A stretch of DNA of 64,000 bases, from NCBI GenBank assembly GCA_964016885.1, contig OZ024747.1, forward strand, positions 71,300,001 through 71,364,000, in the 5' to 3' direction. The notes below the pieces were generated by a model. It made no database searches. It saw nothing but the letters and a program-made list of their open reading frames with translations, and was not told the DNA's origin. This document shows, in pieces, positions 24,925-38,753 of the stretch (its first letter is position 1; every line of letters starts with the position of its first letter). Source of the stretch: Eledone cirrhosa. Lineage: Eukaryota. The position numbers and the translations under genes were made by a program.

Positions 24925-25405
24925 TAAACGGAATAGAAAATGCTGACAAATTGTTCACAGTTGAAAAATGGTTTAATTAGGAATAAAAGAGTATTAGTGA
25001 TTGTATGGGTTAGTATTCAGTTGTGGTTTTAAGTTTTTAAGTTTTTACCGGTTGCGCATTTCTAAATGCTTTTAAAAAATAATTTTGAGATAGAGTGTCC
25101 GTGCTGTTTGCTCTGATCTGATTAGTTTTGGGAATTCTACCTGTTTTTATGTTAAAAAAGTGGCTCCAGCGTTACTTTGGTGTTGCAAAAATTCTTGTGG
25201 TCAAAACAATTTTGATTGGTCGGTAGAGGTCATGTGAATGTAAAAAATTGATTTTGCGCCAAGACTGTTTTTATGTTAAAAAAGTGGCTCCAGCAAAAAT
25301 TCTTGTGGTCAAAACAATTTTGATTGGTCGGTAGAGGTCATGTGAATAAAAAATTGGTTTTGCGCCAAGATTGAGAAATGACTCTTTCACAACAAATATG
25401 TGTGT

Positions 25406-25453
<48 letters not shown>

Positions 25454-25938
25454 TAGTAGTAGTAGTAAGGTGTTCGATGTTGTGATAATGGTTAGCAGCG
25501 ATGTGTATCAAATGGCTATTAAGATAAGTGTGTGTGTGTGTGTGTGAGTGTGTGTGTATAGCAGAGTGATTCGTGGTGGCAGGGATGGTCAGTAAGAATG
25601 TGTCTGAAAGCAATGGGGGGTATTTTAGCATGTCAAAAGATATTTTTCAGCTTTTGTCTTATACGGAGAAGTGCGTGTGTGTGTGTGTGTGTGTGTGTAT
25701 ATAAGTCTCTTTGTATGTTGATGTACGCGTGTGTATGTGTGTGTGTATATATATATGTGTGTGTGTGTGTGAGTGTGTGTGTGTGTGTGGGTGGACCAGT
25801 ATTTTTTTCCCCCCTGGTAAAATGGTGTACATTATTCGATTTTTTCAGTAAAATCGGTTCTCTTAATAGAACATCAAAAATCTTAACAATAAAAGGTGTG
25901 AAATGATATTCACTATATACACATACACATACATATAT

Positions 25939-25990
<52 letters not shown>

Positions 25991-26300
25991 TACATATATA
26001 TACATATATACATGCACATATATTTTTTTGTGTTGCACCATAGAGCATGTGTGTTTACGTATGTGATTGTGTTTATATGTGGGTAGAGATGTGTGCATCA
26101 GCAAGGAATCTTACTTCATTAACAAATACGGACCCCGTCTAAGCACTTCTCCCTAAGACGAACCCACAACACATACACACGTCAACATACATACCTACAT
26201 CAGCACACATCTCTACCCACATATAAACACAAAGACATACGTAAACACACATGGTCTATGGTGCAACACAAAAAAATATATGTGCATGTATATATGTATA

Positions 26301-26376
<76 letters not shown>

Positions 26377-26589
26377 ATATATGTATGTGTATATAGTGAA
26401 TATCATTTCACGCCTTTTATTGTTAAGATTTTTGATGTTCTATTAAGAGAACCGATTTTACTGAAAAAATCGAATAATGTACACCATTTTACCAAGGGGG
26501 AAAAAAATACTGGTCCACCCACACACAAACACACACATATATATATACACACACACATACACACGCGTACATCAACATACAAAGAGACT

Positions 26590-26626
<37 letters not shown>

Positions 26627-26875
26627 TTCTCCGTATAAGACAAAAGCTGAAAAATATCTTTTGACATGCTAAAATACCCCCCATTGCTTTCAGACACATT
26701 CTTACTGACCATCCCTGCCACCACGAATCACTCTGCTATACACACACACACACACACACTCACACACACACACACACACTCACACACACACACACACACA
26801 CACACACTTATCTTAATAGCCATTTGACACACATCGCTGCTAACCATTATCACAACATCGAACACCTTACTACTA

Positions 26876-26921
<46 letters not shown>

Positions 26922-27431
26922 TTGTTGTGAAAGAGTCATTTCTCAATCTTGGCGCAAAACCAATTTTTTATTCACATGACCTCTACCGACCAATCAAAAT
27001 TGTTTTGACCACAAGAATTTTTGCTGGAGCCACTTTTTTAACATAAAAACAGTCTTGGCGCAAAATCAATTTTTTACATTCACATGACCTCTACCGACCA
27101 ATCAAAATTGTTTTGACCACAAGAATCTTTGCAACACCAAAGTAACGCTGGAGCCACTTTTTTAACATAAAAACAGGTAGAATTCCCAAAACTAATCAGA
27201 TCAGAGCAAACAGCACGGACACTCTATCTCAAAATTATTTTTGAAAAGCATTTAGAAATGCGCAACCGGTAAAAACTTAAAAACTTAAAACCACAACTGA
27301 ATACTCACCCATACAATTACTAATACTCTTTTATTCCTAATTAAACCATTTTTCAACTGTGAACAATTTGTCAGCATTTTCTATTCCGTTTACCAATATA
27401 TAATAACTTGTGTGTTACACCTCTATTCTTT

Positions 27432-27432
<1 letters not shown>
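24921..27432. mobile_element. Large palindromic (fold-back) non-coding element, copy 1
   Basis: Left arm 24921-26096 and right arm 26203-27396 are reverse complements, with a 106-nt spacer and a one-sided tail at 27397-27432. (TA)n on both flanks. Homologous to 58815-60663. Confidence 0.92.
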
Positions 27433-27516
<84 letters not shown>

Positions 27517-27521
<5 letters not shown>

Positions 27522-27962
27522 GATTTTTAGTATAAGCACAAGGCCAGTAATTTAGGGGTAGGGAAAAGTCGATTAAATCGACCCCAGTGCGTGACTGGTA
27601 CTTTATGTTATCGACCCTGTAAGGTTGAAAGGCAAAGTTAACCTCGGCGGGATTCGAACTCAGACCGTAAAGGATCGTAACTCTATGCTGCAAAGCATGG
27701 TGGCCGACACTCTACCGATACTGCCAATCCACATATAAGGGAAGTGGTTTGGCAGTATTGGCAAAGGGTCGGAAACTATGCTTTGCAGCATAGAGGTACG
27801 CCCCTTTCCGGTCTGAGTTCAAATCCAGCCGAGGTTAACTTTGCCTTTCATCCTTACGGGGTCGATAAAATAAAGCACCAGCAATGCACTGGAGTCGATT
27901 TTATCGACCCTTTCTCCTTAAAAAAATTGCTGGCCTTGTGCCTAAAGTAGAAACAATTATTT
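27517..27962. mobile_element. Head-to-head SINE family 1 pair (27517-27732 minus; 27745-27962 plus)
   Basis: Two near-full copies in opposite orientation about 12 nt apart. Confidence 0.88.
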
Positions 27963-28906
27963 ATATATATATATAGTTAAAATGTGAAAGTGGAAAAGCA
28001 CAGAAGTATATTTAGAGATCTGTGCTGTTTTTGTTTTTTTTCTTTAAATCGACAGAATTCTGTTTTCAAAACACATCGTCAGCTTTGTTGTAATTGAATC
28101 AATAATTCTATTCAAAATATATAAATTTTGATTCATATGTAAAACTAATATTTAATATGTTTAGGATAATCTCTTTGTTGTGTGTCACGTGTATTTTGTG
28201 CCTTAAAGTTATTCTCTATCTCCATAACAAAGAGTTATGCTTCACAAGACGACTTCTTTTTAAATCTTGGTTTATTGATCCTTTTAGTCATTTCGATTTC
28301 AGAACACTTTTCCAATAAACTGGGCTCTAATTTCTATCATTCTTTTGGAAGAGTTGCAAATAAAAAATCTTCAAGTCGGCTTTGACTGAATGATCTGACA
28401 CAACATTTCTATAGGGCTCAGGTCAAGAATCACTGTTTGTCAAAAGCAAAACAAAATTGCTCTTTCATTATCAGAGAGAAACCGTTTGGTTAATTTAGCA
28501 GAATGAGTAGAAACATTATATTGGTATATTGCCAGACTTGGAATGAGTTAGCTGTCATATCCATTTTTATCCCATCATTTCAATTATGTTCCTTCACTTC
28601 TATATATGTACGAACCCCTCCTTTCATTAAGATTTTGTTATATATATATATATATAAAGTAAACAACAAATCATTCAGTGTAACAGCCGTTTATAGGGTC
28701 GTTTCACTAACAATCCTGTTCACTGCTGTTGCGTCATGTAGATTTTTATAAACAAATAACTGCATAATTAATTTTACCTAGAATCATCAAACTGATAAAC
28801 AATGAAAACAATGACTGCTGTTATATATCTCGGATAACATTAAACATGTTTTAAAAATACTTAGCATGAAAATCAATATATTTACCATGACAAATAAAGA
28901 CAAAAA

Positions 28907-29385
28907 TCTTCTTCTTCTTCTTCTTCTTCTTCTTCTTTTTCGCCCACTTATTCCTGAGAGGGTCACAGGGCAGAATGCTGAAACACTTTTCAGCGGATCC
29001 TGTCAACAGCAACCGTCTCCAATTGATCTGGCTGGATCACCAAGCGGGACCAGCCATGTTCATGGATATTATCCAACCATCTTACTCGGGGTCTACCTCT
29101 GGGTCTTCTCCCGGCTGCTTTTGCCCGTAAAATCTATCCAGTGATTCTTTCCTGAGACATTCAAATCTCTCAATTTGCAGAGGTAGCGGCTCTACCTTGA
29201 GTGACTGTCTGATCTCTGAGATGCACACTCTATCGAGTAACGTTACTTCAAAAACCCTGCGGAGGGACACCATTTCGGTCGCTTGTATTCGCGATCGTAT
29301 TCTCTCGGTTATTAACCAAGATCCAAGATTCATGACCCTAGTTAAGAGTTGGCACGAATACTAATTTGAAGATAGCGAGTTTGGC
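28907..29385 (-). mobile_element. 3' fragment of an RTE-clade (Rex3/Expander-like) LINE with (AAG)n tail
   Basis: ITERIRSRIQATEMVSLRRV..DRV..EIRQSLKVEPL..IER. (CTT)n at 28907-28937. Confidence 0.8.
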
Positions 29386-29794
29386 TAAAGATAAAAATAA
29401 AATACAAAATAAAAGGTTTCACTGGACTAGGGAGTTGGCGATGAGGAAAGAATTGTAAGGGACAAGAAAGGCAAGAAAAAAGAAGCAGAGGAGGGAAAAC
29501 AGTATACATGTAGTCTGAAAGATTTAGGCAATATGTTTGTATCCGGAATCGTTTTATTACTCAGCAAAGTGTATATATGAGTAGTCAGTGTATATACGAG
29601 TTATAATAAGTATATTTATTGTATTTATGGTCCTGTTATTCCCGATAGAGTCGTAGGGACACCGTATTGACACGGGAAGTTTCTTGGGCATTTTTAAGCT
29701 TGGCGGAACCCATCCCTCTTCAGGCCTGAGTATAACAGATTTCTTCCAGAGAAAGATAGAAAGTGAGAGAGAGGAAATGGGAAAGAGATATAGA

Positions 29795-29945
29795 GGAAGA
29801 ATCGACCCCAGTACTAGACTGGTACTTTTTTTATTGACCTCGAAAAGATGAAAGGCAAAGTTAACCTCAGCGAGATTTGAACTCAGAGAACAAATACAAT
29901 AAAGCTTATATCCGACGTTCTAACGACTCTGTCAATTCGCTGCCT
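29795..29945 (-). mobile_element. SINE family 1-related, diverged
   Basis: GATGAAAGGCAAAGTTAACCTCAGCGAGATTTGAACTCAG. Confidence 0.75.
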
Positions 29946-30562
29946 CATAAATATATAAAAATATAAAAAATGTGGGGATAAATATCAGAGGAAAAAAGAA
30001 ATGGACTCCATTAATTCTGGTCATAAGAAATACGGAACTAACTATAAAGGAGGTTGATATTGTACTAGCAGATAGAAAAACTATAATAGAACATAATAGA
30101 AAGAATATAATAAGTGTTGGGTGGAAACGACGTCAATACTACTATGGGTTCGAGATCTTGTGGGAATTTATATTCTATACAACATTAATAGAGAATTTTC
30201 TAATGCGTCAGCGTGGGAGGGAGTATAGAGATGACAATCTTTTCATATTTTCTAGGTTAGGTGCCGCAACGTGGAAATGGAGCGTTTATCACAAAAACTA
30301 ATACGGCAGCTCTTAAAAAATATTGAAATATATATCTCTAGAGAAAATATTAAAACTGCTAACTACTGATATGTTACATTAAAACTTCAACTCGGCATTC
30401 ACTGTAAATGTCATAAACCCAATGAACTAATTATAAATGATCCAACTGGGACATAGTTGTGTTTTCATAGTTGTGTTTCCAATCTAACATGTTTGAAAGA
30501 AAAGTTGTCTCTCACCTCTTTCCTTCTTTTTGTTTGTTTACTTGACTATCTATTCCCAGTGA

Positions 30563-30730
30563 AGGTGTGTGGCTTACTAGCTAGAGAGTTTGATTCACAA
30601 TCGTGAAGCTGTGAGTTCGATTCTCGGCTGAGTGATGTGGTTCATATGGTTCATTCTGCCAGGAGCTGCGAATGGTAGATAGCACTAACAATTGGAAACA
30701 GTGTTTCCTTGATCCGATCTGACGCGTTAT
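30563..30730 (+). mobile_element. tRNA-derived SINE family 2
   Basis: GTGGCTTA..GATTCACAA..GAGTTCGATTC head. Its body is shared with 56889-57090. Confidence 0.65.
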
Positions 30731-31037
30731 ACATCACTCAGCAAGTAAATAAGGTTTGGGATCCTGTCGATCGGATCAGTAAAAAAAATCCATGCAATAC
30801 CCTTTCTTTAAACCAACCTACAACATAATAATTCCTCACCACAGACCCTTTTTGATGGTTGCTGCACTGCTCACAACCTCCCACCTAATATTACATTACT
30901 GCTATATCTGGGAAATATTTTAAGAAGCCAGTAGTTTCGGCAAAACTTCCAAGTAAACACTCACTATTAATAACAAATATTATTCTGACTGTATATATGT
31001 CCTTTATTCAATGCATTTTAGTGTGTTTCTGTCAAAC

Positions 31038-31083
<46 letters not shown>

Positions 31084-31109
31084 CTTATTATATTATATTT
31101 CATATATAG

Positions 31110-31139
<30 letters not shown>

Positions 31140-31140
<1 letters not shown>

Positions 31141-31307
31141 GAAGCGGTGACGTGGCCAGAGTGCTAGCGTCGAGAACGGCCCTGGGCCAGTTCTTCGACG
31201 CGAAACACGAAGGCTGCATCGTCCGAAGCAAAATACGTGCTCTGGGAAACGAGGGGATCAAAGTTGTTAGCTGGGCCCGCGTGACAGAAGCCAAAAGAGG
31301 GAGCAGA
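31140..31307 (+). mobile_element. Internal fragment of a Tx1/L1-like ORF2 (EN-RT linker) inside (GATA)n
   Basis: GC-rich open frame SGDVARVLASRTALGQFFDAKHEGCIVRSKIRALGNEG.., resembling the L1/Tx1 'G..vRsr....Ege' linker motif. Confidence 0.55.
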
Positions 31308-31319
31308 GATAGATAGATA

Positions 31320-31383
31320 GATTTATTAAAATAACAGATTAAAGTTTAAGCAAAGAATCGCTGCTTTCACCCTTAACGGGATC
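31320..31383 (-). repeat. Fragment of the PLE pLTR family seen at 11058 and 13000
   Basis: TTTATTAAAATAACAGATTAAAGTTTAAGCAAAGAATCG.TGCTTTCAC.CTTAACGGGATC. Confidence 0.85.
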
Positions 31384-31600
31384 ATATATATATAATATAT
31401 AATATATATTCAAAACAACGAACAGCGGAGGACACGTTTCGCACCTTTCCGACAGAAAACAGCCCCCCCCCCCCCCTCCTGAAAAAAACCCAGTTGTTGG
31501 ATGTGAATCCGAAATATATAGGGACAATTAAATCTCTCCCAAGGTAACTCTTTCTCGTGTTGTTATTTTTATTTTTATCCTTTACGCTCTTTGCTTCATT

Positions 31601-31712
31601 CCTCTACACGTTACAGTCCTCTACACGTTACAGTCCTCTACACGTTACAGTCCTCTACACGTTACAGTCCTCTACACGTTACAGTCCTCTACACGTTACA
31701 GTCCTCTACACG
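31601..31712. repeat. 17-bp minisatellite (CCTCTACACGTTACAGT) x ~6.6
   Basis: Perfect units read directly. Confidence 0.95.
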
Positions 31713-32584
31713 CTAGTCTTATACACGCCACGCATCTCAACGTACACCCACTTACATCTCTCTCTCCACCACCGGATCTTGTTACCCGGAGATTTACCCA
31801 TCTGCATTGTCGAGGCTTCCAAACGACTTAAAGAAATTTACCTTATTATTCCACAATGCTTCAAGCAAACTTCAATACTCTCATAATATATATTATATTA
31901 TATTTTAGATATATTATATACATATATAATATAATATTATATATATAATATAATATAATATAATATTATATTATATTATATATATATATATATAATATTA
32001 TATTATATTATATATATATATATATATATATTATTTATACACATACAATATAATATTATATATATATACATATATATAGATTAATACAAAATGCATTCGT
32101 GCATATGCCTGCTATGTGTGGTCAAATATTTTATATTATGCATTATTTTCTCAAAGATCAGAGAAACCATTGTTGCCATAATACATAAATAAATATATAA
32201 TGCCTGTAGTATGAAATATGTAAGCGCAAGATCTATTGGTTACCGCTGATGTATATCGATGTATGTATATATATGAGATTATGTATGTCGTTTTATTTTG
32301 AAAAAATCGCGTTGTATATCGCTAGCACCCACCCTCATTCTTTCTCTTATCCTATCTTTCCACCTCTCTGGACGATGTGTTTGTATAACAATTCATGTGA
32401 TTTTTGGAATCTAATTGTCGTTTGTCACGTGGTTATATATATATATATTCATTGTGTTTGTGTTGTGATTAGATGTAAATAAAAATCGTAATTACATGCA
32501 ATATTAAAGAAACGGAGAAAAAGAAAATCGGACAAGAATGAAATGAAAGAAATGTGAGAAATATGAAAAGAGAAAAACTCAAGG

Positions 32585-33058
<474 letters not shown>

Positions 33059-33134
33059 CTACACTCTACTCTGATGAATATCGAGTGCTAATTTTGGCAT
33101 ACCGCCTACGGAAGCACCATAGCTACCACTATAC

Positions 33135-33171
<37 letters not shown>

Positions 33172-35103
33172 CATTCTGTTTCTTTCATTTCTAACATCCA
33201 TCAATGTTTGCTTTTCTTCAATATCATTGTTATTACTTGTAATTGTTATTGATATTTACCTCCAAACACTATTATATTTCACCCCTACTCTCCACACTCC
33301 AGCAAACCGTTTTCCATTCATGCACTCTAATGGTATCTGAATTGGTGCGCTACAATATATATCTCTCCATTATTTTTTCAATGTTATTCGAGGTTATATT
33401 CTTTTTATTATTATTTTTCTTCTTTTAATCACAATTTCCTATCTTCCTCAGAAAATAGCGGTCATGTGTTACATCGTTTTTTTCCCCTTCCTTCTTTCCA
33501 TTCCGTATATATTAGCCCTAGTGCAAACTCCTACTGCGCTACCACTACATAATATCGTTGTTCATCACCATCGTTTCCCACTGATCATTTTATTTTCAAC
33601 CTCTGAACTTCTCAATTTAGCACGTTGGTTGTTTGTATTTGACACCAAGAGACGAAATAGATGACAAAATGGCCAATAGCGTAGAAGCATGCCTTATAAT
33701 CTCTGCCATTACACCCACTGCGATGAATTTAATCATTTCCCTAGCAAAAATGTGTGTAGAATGAAACGACTAGATTATGTGTAAACATAGAAGGCAACAC
33801 TTCATTTTATGTCAATATCTATGTTAACAGATATACCCTTGCTACTTGCTGAAATATCATGTTGTGTTTGTGTGATAAACTGCAGAAACGACAGATCACA
33901 GCTGACTAACAAACAGTAGCAGAATTGAAAATAAGGAATTTTTCGATTAATTACAGAGCAGATTGGTCCCTGATTGCAGTTAGCTTACTTCAAAGTAAAC
34001 ACTGGTCGAGTACAGTGACAGCTCCATATGAGGAAAGCTAGAATGCTGGGAAAATACGCGGAAAACAGGACAACGAAGCAAGCATTCAGCCACCGTCGAT
34101 ATGGCAGCTTATTTAGTTGTGGAAAGTAATTGATTAGAGACTTTCGCGAATGTATCTTAATTAAAAATTTTCTGACAGTTCATATCTTACATTATTTAGC
34201 TTCATGCACGCACATATCTTCAGAAAAGTCACAAAAATTCTTTCACCATGTCAGATTCTAGAAGTAGTCTATTACAAGCTTAGACTCCACACACCCACCC
34301 GCTCTTTGACCGGTGTCAAATACAAACCTATTTTTAATGCAGAAAAGGCGCTCGAAAGCATACATATTTATATAAATGTCTATATAACTGCACATGTATG
34401 TAAGTCTGTATCAATGTATTTGTGTAATTAAATACTCAAAGCTATATATTTAATTATATGTATATAAATGAGGTGGGGGTTGCACGAAAGCGTGTTTGTT
34501 TATATGGATGTATGGATTTGTGTATATGAGTGTGTCAAATTGTATAAGAGTGTGTCGAATTGTTCATTTATATGTGTATATGAGGCTTGTAATATGTATT
34601 AACTGATGCTAATATTAAGACGGTGATGCGTAGACGTGTGTATATGTGTTCATACGTACACACACACGTTAGAAACGAATGAGCGGCAATTTTTAATATA
34701 TATTACTGTTTTTGTGCATGCATATATATTAACATTTATATTAATTTGAAATTCTATAGAGACAAGTTGGAATAAAATAGAAGACAAAGGTTTCGAGGTG
34801 AAACGAAACGTTCTGCTCCTGTTGAACTGTGTAGAGAGTGCAGATAATAGCGATAAAATTATTTTGCGATATACTCACTGATATTCTCAATACACAAATT
34901 TCATTATTTCTACAAACATTTAAAAGTATCTGAGATTCGTTAGGGCATGGTATATTACAGAAGCACAATATTTCGACAAAGTTTATACAAGCACTATTAT
35001 ATTTTATACAGTCAATGTTATCGTTGACATTCCATATCTTATTCAGTCAAGCATATTACATATTATAAAGTATATGCATATAGTTTGTGTGCATATACTG
35101 TGA

Positions 35104-35143
<40 letters not shown>

Positions 35144-35504
35144 TAAAAATCAAGATTACAATTCAAATCATTTTGTTAATTTTTACGTCCGTTTCGATTT
35201 AACGATATGTAATTGCAACCATAAATAATAATTTGAAGAATAATCAATAAATTAATTACATCAACAAACATTGTAATCACATATCACAAATCCCTTCAGG
35301 AACCAAATATTAGATTTGGGGAATGCATGTCCCAAGATACCAGGTAAAGCAGGCGATAATCAACAATAAAATGAAGTACCAGTAATGTACTGAGGCCGAT
35401 TTAATTGGCTTTCCCCTACTCCCCCCCCCCAAAAAAAAATTGCTGGCTTTGTGCCTAAATCAGAAACCATTATTATTATTATGTATATGATATTAGTTAG
35501 GTTG

Positions 35505-35705
35505 AATTCCAGAGTCGTTAGAGTCTCGGACAGAATGTCTTGCAGCATTTGTTGAGGCACCCTATGCTCCGAATTCAAAACCCATCGAGATTAATTTTGC
35601 CTTTCACCCTTCCTGAATCGACAAAATGATATATGATTAAGTATTGGGGTCACTTTAGACGACAAACATATCTACCATAATTTCAACCCTGTGTCTAAGA
35701 ATGAA
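35505..35705 (+). mobile_element. SINE family 1-related, diverged; a second tail fragment lies at ~35360-35478
   Basis: TTTGCCTTTCACCCTT..ATCGACAAAAT core. Confidence 0.65.
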
Positions 35706-36299
35706 ATTATTAATAAAAATTGTCAATAAGTCTAACGGCTAGGAAGCAAAAATATTTATCGTTCCTTATAGTTGTATTCATATCGTATTCTTTGAAATAA
35801 AGTGATGTGCGATATTGTTATTACTTATAAAATAATGAAGCTACTCCTGTCAATAAAAGAAATCTAAAGCAACATTAGTCTATTCTCCAATCATCATTGT
35901 TCGTCGTTCTAACTCAAAACAATACCATTTATTCAGATGACATCTATTCTTTTATTTGTATTGAGATCTGTGCTTAAACGTTTTCCCACTGAATGCAAAT
36001 GTCCGGTTTGATTTTTTCTATAGGAATTTTTCTTATTTAGTTCTGTTATAGTATTTTGTCACTAGATGAATGATAACTGAATTTGTGTATTTTTGTCATT
36101 TCCAAGACTGATCGACTCCAATATTTATATTTTCTTCAATCATTTGCATTTCGTCTATTCGAGCGAGAAAACTTCTGATAGTATTTGTTTAGTCAAACAC
36201 AAAATATTTTCCGAAAGCTTACTGCACAAAAAGAATTGTTCAATCTTTATCTCTTTAAAGATTAGTGAACTGGTTAAATTTTGTGATTTGGCACAGGTT

Positions 36300-36960
36300 A
36301 CTTTGAATAATGAAGTCTTTTAATATTTCTCGAATACAACTGTTGGCAGGCTGATGCCATTCAACCAATAAAAGCGAAAGTCTATTCTCTTTTCTCCACA
36401 CTTATAGTATTCCTTATCAATTCTTTCTTGTTCTTTGACATCGTCCGTATTTTTCCTCTTGGTCCACTATACTATTTTTCTCGCCGTTCTACACTATGCT
36501 ATTTTACACTTTGTTTTCTTTTAGTATTGTTGTTCTCCTACATATTACAGCAAACATAATTCTTGGCAAATATCAATATACCTCTTATCTCTATCAATGT
36601 ACATAGCTTTACGGTAGACATTTAAAAAAACCTCTTATACGAAGTACTTCAAGCAGTAGATCTATGAATTTGTTAATAGTTTTAATATATCAAGGAGTTT
36701 TAAGGCAGATAATCTATGGGGTTGAGAGGAGGGTACAACGAAACTTGAGAACTGAATGTATATATCATGGAAATTCAGCACCATGCAGAACGAAATTGAA
36801 AATGGAGAAAGAAGGCGATCAAAGTCATTTCTTGTTTCTTCACATATCTCAAAGGCTTTCATAAACGTCTTTACTCTGACCTTTACAACGCATTCTTGAT
36901 GTGTTGTGGTTGCTTTCCGCATGCAAACTGGTTCTGGATATTCTTTTCATTACTTGGTAC
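36300..36960 (-). pseudogene. Highly decayed LINE RT remnant(s)
   Basis: Collinear degenerate KAF and LLSP motifs in ORF 36662..36922, and a GISL-like motif near 36350. Confidence 0.3.
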
Positions 36961-37366
36961 AACATAAAGCGAGTTTGTTGTGAACAATTACCTAAACTTT
37001 GAAGACGTTAGATCCCCACAAAATCTCTAAGACAGGGGACACTCACAATAGGAAAGCGTTTATAAAATTGTGATGGAGTAGTGTTCTTGGGAGTTGGAGA
37101 TACATCTGGGTGTTTGACGAAGATTATGGACATAATGGCGGCTTGTGGTGACAATGATCCTTGCTCTTAGCATGTCTATCAAGGTGGGTGTTTTGTTTCC
37201 TTTTGTCTATATGTTTTGTGTGTGCAATCTGTCTCAGCAAATGGATATTGTTTCATGGACGAAATAACGATGACGTTAGTCTTGTTTTAATTATTAATGT
37301 CCCTAACTGACTAGACTGGTGTCTTTAAGGCTAATACCTATAGGCTGAAGAATGCTATGAACGTTT

Positions 37367-37472
37367 CCCGCCGAGGTTAACTTTGCCTTTCATCCTTACG
37401 GGGTCGATAAAATAAAGTACCAGTAATGCACTGGTAATTGGTGGCCTTGTGCCTAAAAGTAGAAACAGTTAT
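37367..37472 (+). mobile_element. SINE family 1, 5'-truncated
   Basis: CCCGCCGAGGTTAACTTTGCCTTTCATCCTTACGGGGTCGATAAAATAAAGTACCAG. Confidence 0.88.
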
Positions 37473-37875
37473 AACAATTCATTAGAACTACACATATACA
37501 TAAATTATTAGTGTGGAATGCTAATAGTTGGTAGAAACAATGAAAGGTTTTAATCGAGATTGTTGTTGAAAGAAACCTTACAAAGCACACTCCTAAACAC
37601 ATGAATATATTGACTAAAAATTAAACAAGGATATTTGAAATCTTAATAGAAAGGCGAAAGTTCGGAAATCCTAGAAATGCAGCATAGAGATATTTATTTA
37701 ACTCAAATACAAAATTAATAGCTTGAGCAGAAATACTTTGCTTGCAATTCGGAGAAGATTGTTTGTTTCTGCAAATGTGTGCACACATACATACATACAT
37801 ACATGCATACATACGTGCATACATACCTACATGCACACATACATACATACATACATACATACATACATACATACA

Positions 37876-37908
<33 letters not shown>

Positions 37909-37933
37909 CTATATCTATCTATCTATCTATCTA

Positions 37934-37986
<53 letters not shown>

Positions 37987-38050
37987 GTAGAACACTGGTG
38001 GGTTATATCTGCAGTAGTAGAGCACTTAGTCCATGGGACGAGTTTGGTAG

Positions 38051-38199
38051 AAGTAGTTCCATAACAGTTAGGTCACCATTACCGAGAACAATTGTTTCAC
38101 CTCATTCAGATCATCAGCTCGGTTTAAACCGAGCTGATGATCTGAATGAGGTGAAACAATTGTTCCCAATAATAGTGAACTAACTGTTATGGAACTACT

Positions 38200-38200
<1 letters not shown>
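38051..38200. ncRNA. 150-bp spacerless palindrome carrying a hammerhead motif on each strand
   Basis: Centre GGTTT|AAACC at 38125/38126. Minus strand reads ACCGAG-CTGATGA-TCT gaatg AGG-T-GAAA-CAATTG-TT-CTCGGT. Confidence 0.8.
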
Positions 38201-38283
<83 letters not shown>

Positions 38284-38302
38284 AGGTGGGTCAGGATCTA
38301 TA

Positions 38303-38490
38303 ATAATTGTATCAACTTATAGCACAAGGCCAGCAATTAACCAGTGCATTACTAGTACTTTATTTTATCGACCCCGTAAGAATGAAAGGCAAAGTTAACC
38401 TCGGCGGGATTTGAACTCAGTCCATAAAGGGACGTAACTGTGCTGCAAAGCATGGCGTCCGACCCTCTACCGATACTGCCAATTCACCAC
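38303..38490 (-). mobile_element. SINE family 1 with 16-bp TSD
   Basis: CAGGATCTATAATAAT at 38292-38307 and 38491-38506. Confidence 0.9.
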
Positions 38491-38532
38491 CAGGATCTAT
38501 AATAATACTATAGATAAGCTCTTCAAACTTGT

Positions 38533-38571
<39 letters not shown>

Positions 38572-38575
38572 ATAC

Positions 38576-38753
<178 letters not shown>

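Noticed and set aside
24921-27432. Palindromes as assembly artefacts
   Set aside because: The arms differ in microsatellite lengths and a few substitutions, and two distinct loci share termini and tail. An artefact is unlikely, though read-level confirmation is still needed.
31601-31712. CRISPR-like array
   Set aside because: There are no spacers and the context is eukaryotic; it is a plain tandem repeat.
33071-33115. CTGATGA followed by a hairpin
   Set aside because: No correctly placed GAAA or closing helices.
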